Virus record (IMG/VR): IMGVR_UViG_3300018080_000105
Span: 96,001 to 160,000 of that record
DNA: 64,000 nucleotides
Origin: a virus
Direction: 5' to 3' (one strand)
The translations under genes were made by a program, and so were the position numbers. This document shows positions 35,460-46,753 of the stretch, one piece after another (positions within the stretch are counted from its first letter, which is position 1; each line of letters opens with the position of its first letter). The notes under the pieces are model-generated. The model searched no databases, was not told the origin of the DNA, and worked only from the letters and a program-made list of their open reading frames with translations.

Positions 35460-35688
35460 AGGTCAGGCACTTCAGCTGCAAACGATCTTCCACGCTGCCG
35501 TGCCACTGTGTGTGCATGCCCAGTTGCCCGGGATGAACGATCACATTGCCAGTCTGCTCCACCCACTTATCAATCTGGGCGTCGAGTTCCTCGGAGTTCG
35601 GACCTTCTTCGATCCGTTCCGCAAAGGAACCATCTTCCTGACGTTCAAACCAACGATTCTGCGTAAAGGTCTTGGTGCGGATCATCAC
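35404..35688 (-). CDS. hypothetical protein
   Basis: coupled. Confidence 0.6.
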   Translation of the reverse strand: MMIRTKTFTQNRWFERQEDGSFAERIEEGPNSEELDAQIDKWVEQTGNVIVHPGQLGMHTQWHGSVEDRLQLKCLTFGLVVLYQEGPADDNGTE

Positions 35689-36059
35689 TCGTTTCCTGAA
35701 ATAGGCGGATGACTTACGGGGTCAGTTTGATTCGCGTCCACGTGGCCGCGATCGGGATCTGAATCAATTAACGAATGCACGTGGTGGTCCGGCCCTGTGC
35801 CCGGCTGAATGGGCGAGTCAGTGGGCTTGTCGAAATCGAAAGCGGTCGCCTCCGCATTCAACATACGCACACTGAGCGCCCCTGTCTCAGTGTTTACGTT
35901 CAATACGCCACACACTTGTTTACCGCCGTCGCCCACGATGCGGACGTACGCAACCGGTGTCACTTTCTTCGTGCCACGGGGAACTACTGTCAGCGAGGTA
36001 TCATCGCCGGACGACATCATGGCCTCGACAGGGCCAGGGGCTTCCAAAACTACCTGCAC
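35685..36059 (-). CDS. hypothetical protein
   Basis: AGAGGAG RBS. Confidence 0.6.
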   Translation of the reverse strand: MQVVLEAPGPVEAMMSSGDDTSLTVVPRGTKKVTPVAYVRIVGDGGKQVCGVLNVNTETGALSVRMLNAEATAFDFDKPTDSPIQPGTGPDHHVHSLIDSDPDRGHVDANQTDPVSHPPISGNE

Positions 36060-36061
36060 TT

Positions 36062-36754
36062 CTATTCTCCTCTGCTTGGGGTAAACAACCTCCTGGACTC
36101 TTCCAGGATAGCTGCGTCCGGATCTACTTTCACCAGCTTGGGAAGATTCGGATATTGCACTTCGAGAAGGTAAGCCGTCTCTCGATTCGATGATACGCCG
36201 AAAACCGTAACTGGGACTTTCATGTCCTTTGTGATCACGGTTGCTTTCTTCAAAGCAAAGATGTCTGGGATGGTGGTTTCATAATAGAGAATACGGGCAT
36301 AGTACGACAACTCCTGACTCACAATACCGATGCCGGCGATCGTATCACGGAGAAGTTCCCACCGATCTTTCACGATGGCGTACAGTCGGCAGTCATAGTT
36401 AATGACGTCCTGCCCCACCAGTCCTGTGCCCAGCCCCCGGAAGAATGGTTCCTGAGAATCAATCACCACCGGCCAGAGTTCCTGCTCATCAGTGGGGTGT
36501 TGTCTTTGGAACTCCACCACAGGGTCGCGATCGAACGGCGTGGTGGCGCTAATCACAGCTGGCGTGAAGAACACATAATCGTCCAGCATATCAGTCAACG
36601 TGCTGGTTTGCTTCTTCTCCGGCTGCGGGAGATCGTCCGGAGAACCCGCGTCATGCGTTTCTGACGTGATAGGTTTACCGACACGGTCGAACTCCGATTC
36701 ATCGTAGTCCGCCATCAAATCCCGCGTCGTGATATCGAATCGCGGGTCAGTCAT
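36062..36754 (-). CDS. hypothetical protein
   Basis: start trimmed to MTDPRF. Confidence 0.65.
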   Translation of the reverse strand: MTDPRFDITTRDLMADYDESEFDRVGKPITSETHDAGSPDDLPQPEKKQTSTLTDMLDDYVFFTPAVISATTPFDRDPVVEFQRQHPTDEQELWPVVIDSQEPFFRGLGTGLVGQDVINYDCRLYAIVKDRWELLRDTIAGIGIVSQELSYYARILYYETTIPDIFALKKATVITKDMKVPVTVFGVSSNRETAYLLEVQYPNLPKLVKVDPDAAILEESRRLFTPSRGE

Positions 36755-37154
36755 CTGTAGCCGGTTCCTCTTCCGGAGTTCCATCCGCAGCTCTGCGTGC
36801 TGCCTCCAGCTCCATCTGACAGAAAATGTCAACCACAGGCAGAACAGATTCCAGGACCTGTTTTCGCAGCTCTGCAGCAGGCGTCGGCGTCTGAGCCGCG
36901 TAGCCCTCGGCAGACCTGCCGAGGACTTTCTCGACCATATCGGGGTTAGTGACTTCCCAGCCGTTTTGCAGCTCCACATGGATCCCATTACGAACCATGA
37001 GGAACAACTGCCGAGCGATCACGTCCACCTGAAACAAATGATGCAGAATTGGGCTCTCTTTCAACAGAAGTTTGGCGTCCTCCGCCGCATCCTCCATTTC
37101 TTTCCGAGCCTGATCTGCTGCGCCTGCCCCGCCAATGATCGGTACGTTTTGCAC
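36747..37154 (-). CDS. hypothetical protein
   Basis: operon-contiguous. Confidence 0.6.
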   Translation of the reverse strand: MQNVPIIGGAGAADQARKEMEDAAEDAKLLLKESPILHHLFQVDVIARQLFLMVRNGIHVELQNGWEVTNPDMVEKVLGRSAEGYAAQTPTPAAELRKQVLESVLPVVDIFCQMELEAARRAADGTPEEEPATDD

Positions 37155-37163
37155 TGCCGTCTC

Positions 37164-38066
<903 letters not shown>

Positions 38067-38673
38067 ATGGAATCCGCAATGTTGTCAACGCCTGTGCTCT
38101 CGTAATCCTCGGTCTCAAACTCAGTCCCGTGGGTCGCGTTGCAGGCTTTAATCATATCGACCTTGTTGGCATTACCTTTCCCGGTCGCAAACTTCTTGAT
38201 TGTTCCGATCGGGATCGCCTGGCAGGGAATGTTTCGTTCCTCTGCCCATGTCACCAGAATGGCACACAAACCCTGCACCACCTGCGCCCCTGTCACTGCG
38301 CGAGCGACAATGGCCTGAATGTTGTTTCGCATCCCTGGCGGCACCGCCCCGGTGAACTTCACTTCTTCGTAGAAGATCAGATCCGGTTCAATCACCTCCA
38401 GGAACTTCTTTAACCGCACATAACGAATCGATTGCGTATCGTGCGTCCCGACGCTCAGGTCCCACTGCCCCCCAATGATCGGCGCGTCCGTCACCGGCTG
38501 CCCCGGCACAATGTCGCAATACGACACCCCGCAGGAACTAGCCAAATCGAGACCAACGAGACGCCGATAGTCGGGCTCAATACGCGAAAGAGCCCTCGCG
38601 TAAACACGAGGGTCTTTAGTCAGGGCCAGCTTACCGGTCGGCAACTGGAGCGGTTCCTTCTTCGACTTTGCCA

Positions 38674-39516
38674 TTAGGCGGCCACCTGCACATCAAACAA
38701 TTCAGAAGGCTCACCATTGACATGCCGAAGCATCTCTTTGAACGTCTGCAACATGTGATGCCCCAATAGGCAGTCAAACACAGCTGTATGCCCCGCCTCG
38801 GGGTTCAGCCCGAACCGTTCACTCAGCTGGTACTTGCCATCACAGTGATTCTGCAGACTCCACTTCACGCCCCTAATGCGACGACCGTTCACACTGTTGA
38901 ACCAAGTATCCAGGTCATCACTTGGATGCGGTACCAGCTGTGCCTGGATGGCTTTCTCCACCAGCCCGGTGTCGATAACCCGTCCATGTGCCCACGGCAA
39001 CGCGTAACCCTGCAGATACAGTTCCGTATGCCGGTCGATCATCGGGCGGTCGAACGAACGAAACCCATGACCGATGATGGCGGTGTCACTGTTTATCAAG
39101 TGCTCGTAGATCATGTTCGAGAACTTGTGCAGCACACCACAAGGTTCTTTGCCGTCTCGTAGCAACCGCTCCCACGAGTAGTAGAGCGGGCGGCCCTCTT
39201 TGCCGTATGACTCAGCCAGCCGGCCTAATCGCTCCCGCACGTATTCGTCCGATACATCAGGATGCTGCGACCAGTCCAGCTCTTCGTTTCCATAGTCCAC
39301 GATCTCGTTGTTTGCCACTTTGACAAAGCCAAGATCCAGAATGAAGTCACCCCCATCCCGTTTGAACCCAGTGGTCTCGCAATCGATCACCAGGTAGTCG
39401 TCCGGCAGGCGTAGCAATGGTGAAATTGCCTGCATGGTATCCAGCTCATGCTGGGCGACTTTGATCACAGTTTTCTCCCTGTGTAAATATAGAACGCCAG
39501 CTTCACGGCCATCCAA
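38674..39516 (-). CDS. DEDDh 3'-5' exonuclease (DnaQ-like)
   Basis: VIDCETTG, IIGHGFRSFD, HTAVFD. Confidence 0.85.
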   Translation of the reverse strand: MDGREAGVLYLHREKTVIKVAQHELDTMQAISPLLRLPDDYLVIDCETTGFKRDGGDFILDLGFVKVANNEIVDYGNEELDWSQHPDVSDEYVRERLGRLAESYGKEGRPLYYSWERLLRDGKEPCGVLHKFSNMIYEHLINSDTAIIGHGFRSFDRPMIDRHTELYLQGYALPWAHGRVIDTGLVEKAIQAQLVPHPSDDLDTWFNSVNGRRIRGVKWSLQNHCDGKYQLSERFGLNPEAGHTAVFDCLLGHHMLQTFKEMLRHVNGEPSELFDVQVAA

Positions 39517-40274
39517 AGACGGCGAAGCCAGCCTGCTTCTCGCAATTCCTTGATGTACGCACGAAGACCATACAGCTTCTCCAATTTCGCTGCGTCGGCC
39601 TTGGCTACCTCTCGCACGACTTCAAGCTGATTCTCCAGCTTGCCCTTCTGCTCTTTCAGGTTATTCACCTGATCAGCAGTCGTCGTGACCAACTTACGCG
39701 CATCTTCGGTAGACTGCGTCAGCACTCGCTGCAGCTCTTCCACCTCCGCACGTAGTCGGTATTCCGTGTCATCGTCAAGCTCTTTCGATTCGTGGCCGCT
39801 CAGCCTGGCAGCAGTAGCGCGGCCTGCCGCAATCATGCTGGTGAAGTCAGCGTGAATGTGTGAAGGCTGCCCTCGCATCGTGACATCTCGCAATGCCACG
39901 AAGAAGCCACCCATGACCACCACACCCACACGCTCAAAGAACGCTATGCGAGCCAGCGGATGCAAGTCATGTCCTTCCGCAGCCTTGGCAAGCGCGAATG
40001 CCGGCGTATCCACTTCTGCATCACGCACGTACAGCCGGTGCGCCTCAGTCAATACCGCAACTGTTACGCTAACCTGTTCCTGCGTGACACCTGCAGCTTC
40101 CAACATGCTCTTCATCGGCTCGGCCCAGTTATCCTGGTCAAGACCGGCGAAGACTTCACGCATCATCGGAACGTAGATGTTGACCAGGTCTCGCTGGGGA
40201 GCATAAACCATGGCGTTGGGGTCATCCCCCGGACGTACTTGTTGAAGGGATCTCTTCACGTGTAATCTCCACAA
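39465..40274 (-). CDS. hypothetical protein with C-terminal coiled coil
   Basis: heptad-rich C-terminus. Confidence 0.65.
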   Translation of the reverse strand: MWRLHVKRSLQQVRPGDDPNAMVYAPQRDLVNIYVPMMREVFAGLDQDNWAEPMKSMLEAAGVTQEQVSVTVAVLTEAHRLYVRDAEVDTPAFALAKAAEGHDLHPLARIAFFERVGVVVMGGFFVALRDVTMRGQPSHIHADFTSMIAAGRATAARLSGHESKELDDDTEYRLRAEVEELQRVLTQSTEDARKLVTTTADQVNNLKEQKGKLENQLEVVREVAKADAAKLEKLYGLRAYIKELREAGWLRRLWMAVKLAFYIYTGRKL

Positions 40275-41301
40275 CGATCAGTTCGATGGCCATCCGCCCC
40301 TGCACTGGTCGCAGGGTACCGACTTTAATTGTCGGAGCACCACCTGGGAAAAACTCTTCATCACGGCGAATCCATTCCGCCGCAGCTGACTGCTGTTTGT
40401 CGCGCAAGTTACTGAGTGCGTGTGACACATACCGGCCATCGTACTCAATCGTCTTCTCGACTGATGTCACCACATGGGTGTCAGCAGCCATCTCTACCTC
40501 AGCTGTAGGCGGCAGTGCTTCCGAGGGGAATCCCTGCTCCGGCTCCAGCATCGTAATCGTTAGTTCGTCTGCCGGAGGGTCGGCGGCATTGTACAGCGCT
40601 TCAATGTCAGCCTGCTCGATCTCGTCGTCGTCGAATTCCAGCGACAGATCTTCACCGAGTTCGTCATTGTCCAGGTCCAGTTCTTCCGGAGCCTGGAAAC
40701 CTGCCCGCACCACTTCCGGAGGAACCTCCACAGGCACTACCTCAACCGGCGGCGGTAGTTCGTACGATTCACCTGTACTGTCTTCTTCCACTTCATCAGT
40801 CGACGCAAAACCGTCTTCTCCTCGGACAGTCGCAGGCAACACATCCACGACCGGGAACTCTGCCTCAGCGCGTTCCTGGAAGATCACTTGCACGATCTTA
40901 TCCCCGGGCTCAAAAGTTCTGGCTTCCTGTGACAAGTTTGTCACACCCACCAGTATCTCGCCACGGTAATCGGCATCAAGCACACCGCCAGTACGGTGGA
41001 CCTTCTGCACTACCCCCAGACCGCTACGATCCCACAGCAACCCGACGTAGTTATCATCGATCGCCATCCGTATGCCCGTGCGGAACACACAAGACTCGTT
41101 AGGCTGCAGCGTGATCATCCCTTGGACACTGAACCGCAACCAATCGATTACCCACTCGTCAGGGTAATCATGCGTCGCAATACCCTCGATACCTGAAACG
41201 CAATAGAGATCATGCCCTGCTGCGCTCTCAGAGCCCCGTGTGGGTACTTTGGCTTCGGGATGGCAAAGGACCACGGGACATTGAATCTGCTGAACCATCA
41301 A
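40222..41301 (-). CDS. dut: trimeric dUTPase with long acidic C-terminal extension
   Basis: AGHDL, DRSGLG, GVLDADYRGE, GDKIVQ, RGEDGFAST motifs 1-5. Confidence 0.92.
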   Translation of the reverse strand: MMVQQIQCPVVLCHPEAKVPTRGSESAAGHDLYCVSGIEGIATHDYPDEWVIDWLRFSVQGMITLQPNESCVFRTGIRMAIDDNYVGLLWDRSGLGVVQKVHRTGGVLDADYRGEILVGVTNLSQEARTFEPGDKIVQVIFQERAEAEFPVVDVLPATVRGEDGFASTDEVEEDSTGESYELPPPVEVVPVEVPPEVVRAGFQAPEELDLDNDELGEDLSLEFDDDEIEQADIEALYNAADPPADELTITMLEPEQGFPSEALPPTAEVEMAADTHVVTSVEKTIEYDGRYVSHALSNLRDKQQSAAAEWIRRDEEFFPGGAPTIKVGTLRPVQGRMAIELIVVEITREEIPSTSTSGG

Positions 41302-41315
41302 ATCACCTTTCGTCG

Positions 41316-41328
41316 GTTCTTATTTACC
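41316..41328 (-). promoter_or_regulatory. GGTAAATAAGAAC motif copy
   Basis: exact 13-mer overlapping upstream stop, ~15 nt before dut start. Confidence 0.6.
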
Positions 41329-41809
41329 GCGGCTCTTTAGCCGGGCGTATCATTTCTTCACGGGCCTCTTCGTCCGCCAGCAGGTATTCCTGGACGGCGA
41401 CTTTGTAGGCCTCGACATCCTCCTCAGAGTAGGAGGCCTCGTTCGCAGTTGTGATGCGGTTGCCTGTCTTCATGTAGGCATGCACCTGTTCAGGTGAAAT
41501 GCCCGCGTCCAGCATTGCGGACGCAGCAGCATTCCGCGGGTTAGTCACTGTCTTCGGCGAACTCAGCTCAGCCCCCTCCAACTGGGGCACAGGGCGGGGC
41601 CGACGATGTGGTTTGGTATTGTTCGCCGTTTGCATCTTCAGCAGACAGCACTTCTTGTACTTCTTCCCGGAGCCACAAGGACAGGGGTCATTACGACCAA
41701 CCTTAACGCCGCGGCTATAGTGGATCCGAGGAACGTCCCGTGCTGTGATGGGCGGCCCTGTGGCGACTCGTTTCTTTTTCGGACGCTGCGACTGCTGGTT
41801 CTTCTGCAC
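41324..41809 (-). CDS. SEC-C motif protein
   Basis: [20 protein letters not shown]. Confidence 0.85.
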   Translation of the reverse strand: MQKNQQSQRPKKKRVATGPPITARDVPRIHYSRGVKVGRNDPCPCGSGKKYKKCCLLKMQTANNTKPHRRPRPVPQLEGAELSSPKTVTNPRNAAASAMLDAGISPEQVHAYMKTGNRITTANEASYSEEDVEAYKVAVQEYLLADEEAREEMIRPAKEPR

Positions 41810-42311
41810 AGATCTGTTCCTTCAGTAACTGCTGGACGAAATCCATCAATGTCGGGTAATCGTCAGGGACGTGAGCATAATGCAGACCCACCCGATTTGC
41901 AAACTCCCGATCACAGGCGGAATTCCCTACCATCCAGCTATGGTTGTGGCAACCTCCTGGGAAATACTGCAAAACCTGCGTCCGCAGCCCAGTCATCGGC
42001 TTCCGGCACCCGCACTCGTCCCCGGGCGCGTGAGGACAGTAAAACGTAGGGGGCCAGCAATACACTTTCTGTGACCAATTCAGGTGCATAGCTGCCTGCG
42101 CATGGACGTAGTGAAGCTGAACCTCAGTCATCATACCCCGCCCGACCGCCGACTGATTAGTCACAATCACCGGCTGATAGGCAGAACGATGCAGCAGTGC
42201 GAGGGCCTCGGGAGCGCCCTCGCACCAGTGCCACTGCTTCGCAAAATCTGTCAGATAACCAACATCTTCGTTGATGACACCATCGCGGTCCAGAAAAACA
42301 AACTTACGCAC
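41715..42311 (-). CDS. HAD-IIIA phosphatase, GmhB/histidinol-phosphatase-like
   Basis: [18 protein letters not shown]....C.CRKP; GTG start overlapping upstream stop. Confidence 0.85.
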   Translation of the reverse strand: MRKFVFLDRDGVINEDVGYLTDFAKQWHWCEGAPEALALLHRSAYQPVIVTNQSAVGRGMMTEVQLHYVHAQAAMHLNWSQKVYCWPPTFYCPHAPGDECGCRKPMTGLRTQVLQYFPGGCHNHSWMVGNSACDREFANRVGLHYAHVPDDYPTLMDFVQQLLKEQICAEEPAVAASEKETSRHRAAHHSTGRSSDPL

Positions 42312-42663
42312 TGGTCGCCCTTTCGAGCGGAGACTGAACCAGCCGCCAAACACGGGCTGGTCTTGCATGTGTACCTTCAGGCAAAAATCTGACAAATTCC
42401 CACAGATCCTTGTCCTGAAAAACCGCACCCATAAATCGCTTATCGACCACAGCCAGGTCGGCCGCGATCGCCGGGTGCATCCCCATGACAGCCAGCACCC
42501 GAGGCCCGGTCACCTCACCATCCTGCATTGCAAGATGGTAGGCGACATATTTGGCCTCTGAGATCAACAACTGGCGAGTCGCCCGCAGGCGTGCCAACGC
42601 CTCATCACGAAGTCGGGCCTGTTCTTCCGGGTCGGGAAGATGTTGTGACGCATCTGTCATCAC
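42304..42663 (-). CDS. hypothetical protein
   Basis: coupled to thyX. Confidence 0.65.
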   Translation of the reverse strand: MMTDASQHLPDPEEQARLRDEALARLRATRQLLISEAKYVAYHLAMQDGEVTGPRVLAVMGMHPAIAADLAVVDKRFMGAVFQDKDLWEFVRFLPEGTHARPARVWRLVQSPLERATSA

Positions 42664-43709
42664 ATTTCCTTAGTGAGGCCAAGGGCCACCAGCTTGTCCC
42701 AGCACTCGTCACGTTCACGACACCGGTCGAGATTCATCCACTCCTCCGGCTGTGCGTCTGTAAACTGAGCCCCATCACAAGGCAAGCTACCACTATTGGC
42801 TAGGTTTCCGATCACCTGCTGATCCAGCGAGGTCAGCAGTGTCGCGTGCAATCTGTAATCACAGAAGGCTTCCCAGGTCAGCGGGAACAGCTCAGCAACA
42901 ATGTCATTGCCGATGATGTCCGCGTACTCCCGAATCTCCTTCTGTGCATGAGAATCCATCCGCAGGCCAAGGAAGTGCAGCAGGTTGTGCAGGTCACACT
43001 TCCAGTATGCCTCGGTGAATGTGGACAGCGGTAGGTCCTTGCGGGCCTGCTCTTTCGCCACACCGAAGTGCAACCGCTCGTTGTACACCTCCTGCGCACG
43101 GACGTGCAGTTCCTTCTCTTGCTTGGTGAGATACTCCCCTGGAGTCTCCACGCCATGCAACGCATGACAGTTCAACGCGTCTACTGGAGACTTCGTGACG
43201 TAGTAGCCGTCAAACGTCTCGTCCGGAAACTCAGTCACATTGTGACCGCTGCTGCCCTGCCGGTTGCTCTTGGACTGCAATCGCCAATCCCAGGGCTGCG
43301 TAGCCATTCGATCATCGATCGCCGGAGAATACCGTGTGCTGTACTCGTTGACACTGGCCGTTCGGTGACGAATCCACTGCCGCCACACGTCCATCGGGAC
43401 GCGTACGTGTAGCTTCAGCTCCGCAAACTCGACCGGCGTGCTGTGCCGGTGTCGCATCAAGTACCGCAACAAGTTCCTGTCTGAGCCAAGCGCTCGACCC
43501 TCGGACTGAGCGGTTAAGCGGGCAGCTTCTACGATGGCCGCGTCGTCGCCCATCACGTCCACCACTTTGATGAAACCCTGGCCACCGAACACCTCAAACG
43601 TCTGCTCACGAAGCGCCCAGAGCTTCTCCAGCCGCTGCAGGTCATTCTGTTTCCTCTGATCCTCCGCACAAAGTTCGCTCTCGTACAGTTCCTGTAATCC
43701 AGCTGTCAT
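42660..43709 (-). CDS. thyX: flavin-dependent thymidylate synthase
   Basis: RHRHSTPVE, WIRHRTASVNEYSTRY ThyX motif, EQARKDLP, LRMDSHAQKEIR. Confidence 0.95.
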   Translation of the reverse strand: MTAGLQELYESELCAEDQRKQNDLQRLEKLWALREQTFEVFGGQGFIKVVDVMGDDAAIVEAARLTAQSEGRALGSDRNLLRYLMRHRHSTPVEFAELKLHVRVPMDVWRQWIRHRTASVNEYSTRYSPAIDDRMATQPWDWRLQSKSNRQGSSGHNVTEFPDETFDGYYVTKSPVDALNCHALHGVETPGEYLTKQEKELHVRAQEVYNERLHFGVAKEQARKDLPLSTFTEAYWKCDLHNLLHFLGLRMDSHAQKEIREYADIIGNDIVAELFPLTWEAFCDYRLHATLLTSLDQQVIGNLANSGSLPCDGAQFTDAQPEEWMNLDRCRERDECWDKLVALGLTKEM

Positions 43710-44587
43710 GAATGCACTTTCATTCGATTAGCCGCACTGCATGCGACACAAAATTCGCCAGGATCTTCCGGGTCAAACGCAGCACGTTCCATACCGCACC
43801 CTTCACAAGCCCCAACCTGATAATTCAACCGATGCGTCCCTGCCACACACTCCTCATAGCCCACTGCACAATTCCAGCAGGCGTGAGTGTACTCTCTCGG
43901 GCAACGTGTACGGTCAACGCGAAGCCGCAGCTTCAATACATTCTTCCGGTTCCATGCCACCATCGAGGGGCTGCACGCCACCTCGAAGAAGCCTGGAGCA
44001 TCCCGTGAGCGGGTTGGCTCCAAGTGCCCAAGCATCCGCAGACCCACCATGGCTGCAGAATTCAAAAACGGATACTTACCGCCTCGACGGGTAAATCCTA
44101 CTCGCATCGCCACCGCGCCGATGGCCGTGTGTTTCCAGAAGTGCCGAATCAGCATGCCGGCCGGCGTACCTGCCAGCACCCGAAACTCGCCCATGTAGCC
44201 CATGGCATTCCGACTGTTTCGACCTTTGACCAGTCGCTCTACCATCAGCGGCACCCATTCCTGCGTCCGCTGGATTGACCACGGAGGCACGCTAATGCCT
44301 TGCCTCAACCTGGTCGAGTTGCCTGCTAGTCGCCAGGCCAGTTGATCCGCCTCTGTGACGGTCAGTTCTCGCCCGGACAGATACCGGACGGACTCATACG
44401 CTGTATCGAACTGAATGTTCATCGAGGCGGCAATGTTGCCAGCCAGAGAGTCCAAATCAGGGACAGTCTCAACGCTGTTATTGACAGCGTTGTTCAGCAG
44501 CTTGTGCTTGGTCCTTTCCACCTGCGTCAGATTGAAGGACGGCAGCTTGGTCATTCGCGCCTCCCAGCCGATATTCATAGCTGCCAC
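43706..44587 (-). CDS. hypothetical protein with Cys-rich C-terminus
   Basis: C..H.CWNC..C..CEGC..CVAC. Confidence 0.65.
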   Translation of the reverse strand: MAAMNIGWEARMTKLPSFNLTQVERTKHKLLNNAVNNSVETVPDLDSLAGNIAASMNIQFDTAYESVRYLSGRELTVTEADQLAWRLAGNSTRLRQGISVPPWSIQRTQEWVPLMVERLVKGRNSRNAMGYMGEFRVLAGTPAGMLIRHFWKHTAIGAVAMRVGFTRRGGKYPFLNSAAMVGLRMLGHLEPTRSRDAPGFFEVACSPSMVAWNRKNVLKLRLRVDRTRCPREYTHACWNCAVGYEECVAGTHRLNYQVGACEGCGMERAAFDPEDPGEFCVACSAANRMKVHS

Positions 44588-44647
44588 ACTGCGGGCAGCG
44601 TGCCTGATTATCAGCGTACACGTGATTACAGCGGTTACAGATCTTCA

Positions 44648-45037
44648 TCATTTCACGGCGACTGCAACACCAAGGAAGAATCGCCAGAAAATCTCCTGTG
44701 TCTCAGAGTTTTGAACCTGGTCAGTCGGTTCACCAATCGCCAGGTGAAGACGGCGGGCAACTCCAGGGACTTGCGCCGCCGCCTTGAAACCCAGCTGGAA
44801 AAGAAACCCGAACGCATCGGTCGGATGATTCTTCACCAAATACGGGAACATAGGAACGTAGACATGTTCCTCTTTACGAATGACGCGGAAGTCCACGTCT
44901 TTCTTCTCGTCAGGGTCCACTGGACCAAAAGCCGAGTACCAAACCTCACCAGCTCGCTCTTTTTTTACCAAGTCAGCTGGGGGCTGTTCCCGCTCCTCAC
45001 AGACGGCCAAATCGATTTTGTGGTAACTGAGTTCCAT
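44648..45037 (-). CDS. hypothetical protein
   Basis: TAGGA RBS. Confidence 0.6.
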   Translation of the reverse strand: MELSYHKIDLAVCEEREQPPADLVKKERAGEVWYSAFGPVDPDEKKDVDFRVIRKEEHVYVPMFPYLVKNHPTDAFGFLFQLGFKAAAQVPGVARRLHLAIGEPTDQVQNSETQEIFWRFFLGVAVAVK

Positions 45038-45046
45038 GGCACAGTC

Positions 45047-45820
45047 CTACGTCAATGGCTGCGTCGCGACATGCAACGCATCTGTGGGAGAAGTTTTCGT
45101 TTCCTTTGCGACACCCAGGGGCACCCCTCCAGTGATGCCACGGCGCGGAGCTTTACTCTCACGCCCCTGATCGTCCGCATTGATTCGTACGCCGGTCCGG
45201 AAATTTTTAAGCCGCAGATCTTGCTGGAAACACAGCTCACCGAGCATCGTATCACCACCGTTATGGTGCAATGCCGGCCACGGGTAGTTGAATCGTCTCA
45301 ACACATCCGTGCGTGCCGTCCACCAGCCTCCCGTAGCAAACTTAATACTGCCACGTTCCGCGGGAGATTTACCGCCGTACCAGGGCTGCTGCATGACAAA
45401 CTCACGCTGCTCGCCCATCCACCGCATAGTATAAATGCTTCCAATCACGTCAGCATTTTCCATTGCGTCACTGACGACCGACAGCCACGACTTCTCAGGA
45501 TGATCCTCCGTCAACGAGAATCCTTTCAGGAAGCTGTCATCGTCGAACCACATGAAGTACGGAGTCGTCACAAGATCCGTCTCATGGAGAACCCGCCGCA
45601 TGAGCGGGTATTTCCCCGGATTGTCCGATACTTCAAGAATCTGTTCATCAGGCACCCAACTCCGCACCCAGGCGGAGACGGCCGGAGTCACTGAATTTAA
45701 GATCACGACAAGATTGAGATCGTCACGAGCCACCGTAGCAGTGATCGAACGAAGACACCTGTCTGCCAACTCTGGGTAGTCGCCATACAGCAACACGCAA
45801 ATCGTGAACTTATTCTTCAT
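45047..45820 (-). CDS. GT-A fold glycosyltransferase (GT2-like)
   Basis: ICVLLY..Y..L..RCL.SI, LVVILN, MWFDDDSFL, ATGGWW. Confidence 0.75.
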   Translation of the reverse strand: MKNKFTICVLLYGDYPELADRCLRSITATVARDDLNLVVILNSVTPAVSAWVRSWVPDEQILEVSDNPGKYPLMRRVLHETDLVTTPYFMWFDDDSFLKGFSLTEDHPEKSWLSVVSDAMENADVIGSIYTMRWMGEQREFVMQQPWYGGKSPAERGSIKFATGGWWTARTDVLRRFNYPWPALHHNGGDTMLGELCFQQDLRLKNFRTGVRINADDQGRESKAPRRGITGGVPLGVAKETKTSPTDALHVATQPLT

Positions 45821-45832
45821 GACTCTGCCTTC

Positions 45833-46744
45833 TTAGCTACTGGCCATGTCCAGTGCACGCGCACCACGCCCGCCGCGGGAGCCGCCCCGCCGACTAGCTG
45901 CTGGTGCAGGTTCAGATTCTACTTCATCAGCCTGTGCCTGTTCCTCCAAAGCACTTCGGAGGTACTCTTCAGCACGGTCCAGCTTCGCGAGGTTGTCGGA
46001 CGCAGCAGTGGCGATGCCCTGCATATAGTCACGAATCTCGTGAATCTGATCCACCATTGTTGCCTCCACTTCACCAGTGGGGACAGTCATGACGTTGCTG
46101 AACACAGACTCTGTGGAGCCGTTCCAGATGTTGTCGTTCTTCCCTACCCAGGTACGGCAGACGCTGTGCATCTGTCGAATCTGTGCCGAGACAGTAGCCG
46201 GCATAGCATGAGAACGACCGTGGGTACCGCCCCTGTTGAACCGTCGTTTGATCAGGTCATGCAGAGCATTAGGATCGAGCATCTTCTCGACCGCTTCCTC
46301 TGCATACTTGTTCCGCTGATTCTCGGTGTTCAGCGTCATCAGGAAGCCGACGTGGCCCCAGTTCAACCGGAAGTCTGTATCTGTGTTGTGCCACGAGATC
46401 AGCTCTTCCATCTGGTCCTGATCATACAGACCCGCAAACTGCATTGCTTTACGGATCGTCCGGGCCTGTGTGGAGAGAGCCTGCTCAACCAGTTTGAGCC
46501 CTTTCTCTCCATTGTTGCCCAGGTATTTCGTTTCGTCCGCTTCGATCTCGTTACAGAGAGTTCCGATTCTCCAGTAGTACCGGATGTTCTCGGATCGAAG
46601 GTCGTTCATCGTCTTTTCAAGACGCTTGAACTTCCGGTGGAGTTGCGCGTTCATCTGCGAGATTGCATCGGTACGCGCTTTGGTAATAGCAGCAGGACTG
46701 TTCCCTGAACGTTCGGCCCTGACTGCAATCGACTGTCTTGGCAT
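45833..46744 (-). CDS. DUF1016 N-terminal (YhcG-N)-like DNA-binding protein
   Basis: YYWRIG, MQFAGLY, LNWGHVGFLM...QRNKYAEEA..ML...LHDLI pattern; lacks the PD-(D/E)XK C-domain. Confidence 0.6.
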   Translation of the reverse strand: MPRQSIAVRAERSGNSPAAITKARTDAISQMNAQLHRKFKRLEKTMNDLRSENIRYYWRIGTLCNEIEADETKYLGNNGEKGLKLVEQALSTQARTIRKAMQFAGLYDQDQMEELISWHNTDTDFRLNWGHVGFLMTLNTENQRNKYAEEAVEKMLDPNALHDLIKRRFNRGGTHGRSHAMPATVSAQIRQMHSVCRTWVGKNDNIWNGSTESVFSNVMTVPTGEVEATMVDQIHEIRDYMQGIATAASDNLAKLDRAEEYLRSALEEQAQADEVESEPAPAASRRGGSRGGRGARALDMASS

Positions 46745-46753
46745 AACTGCCTC

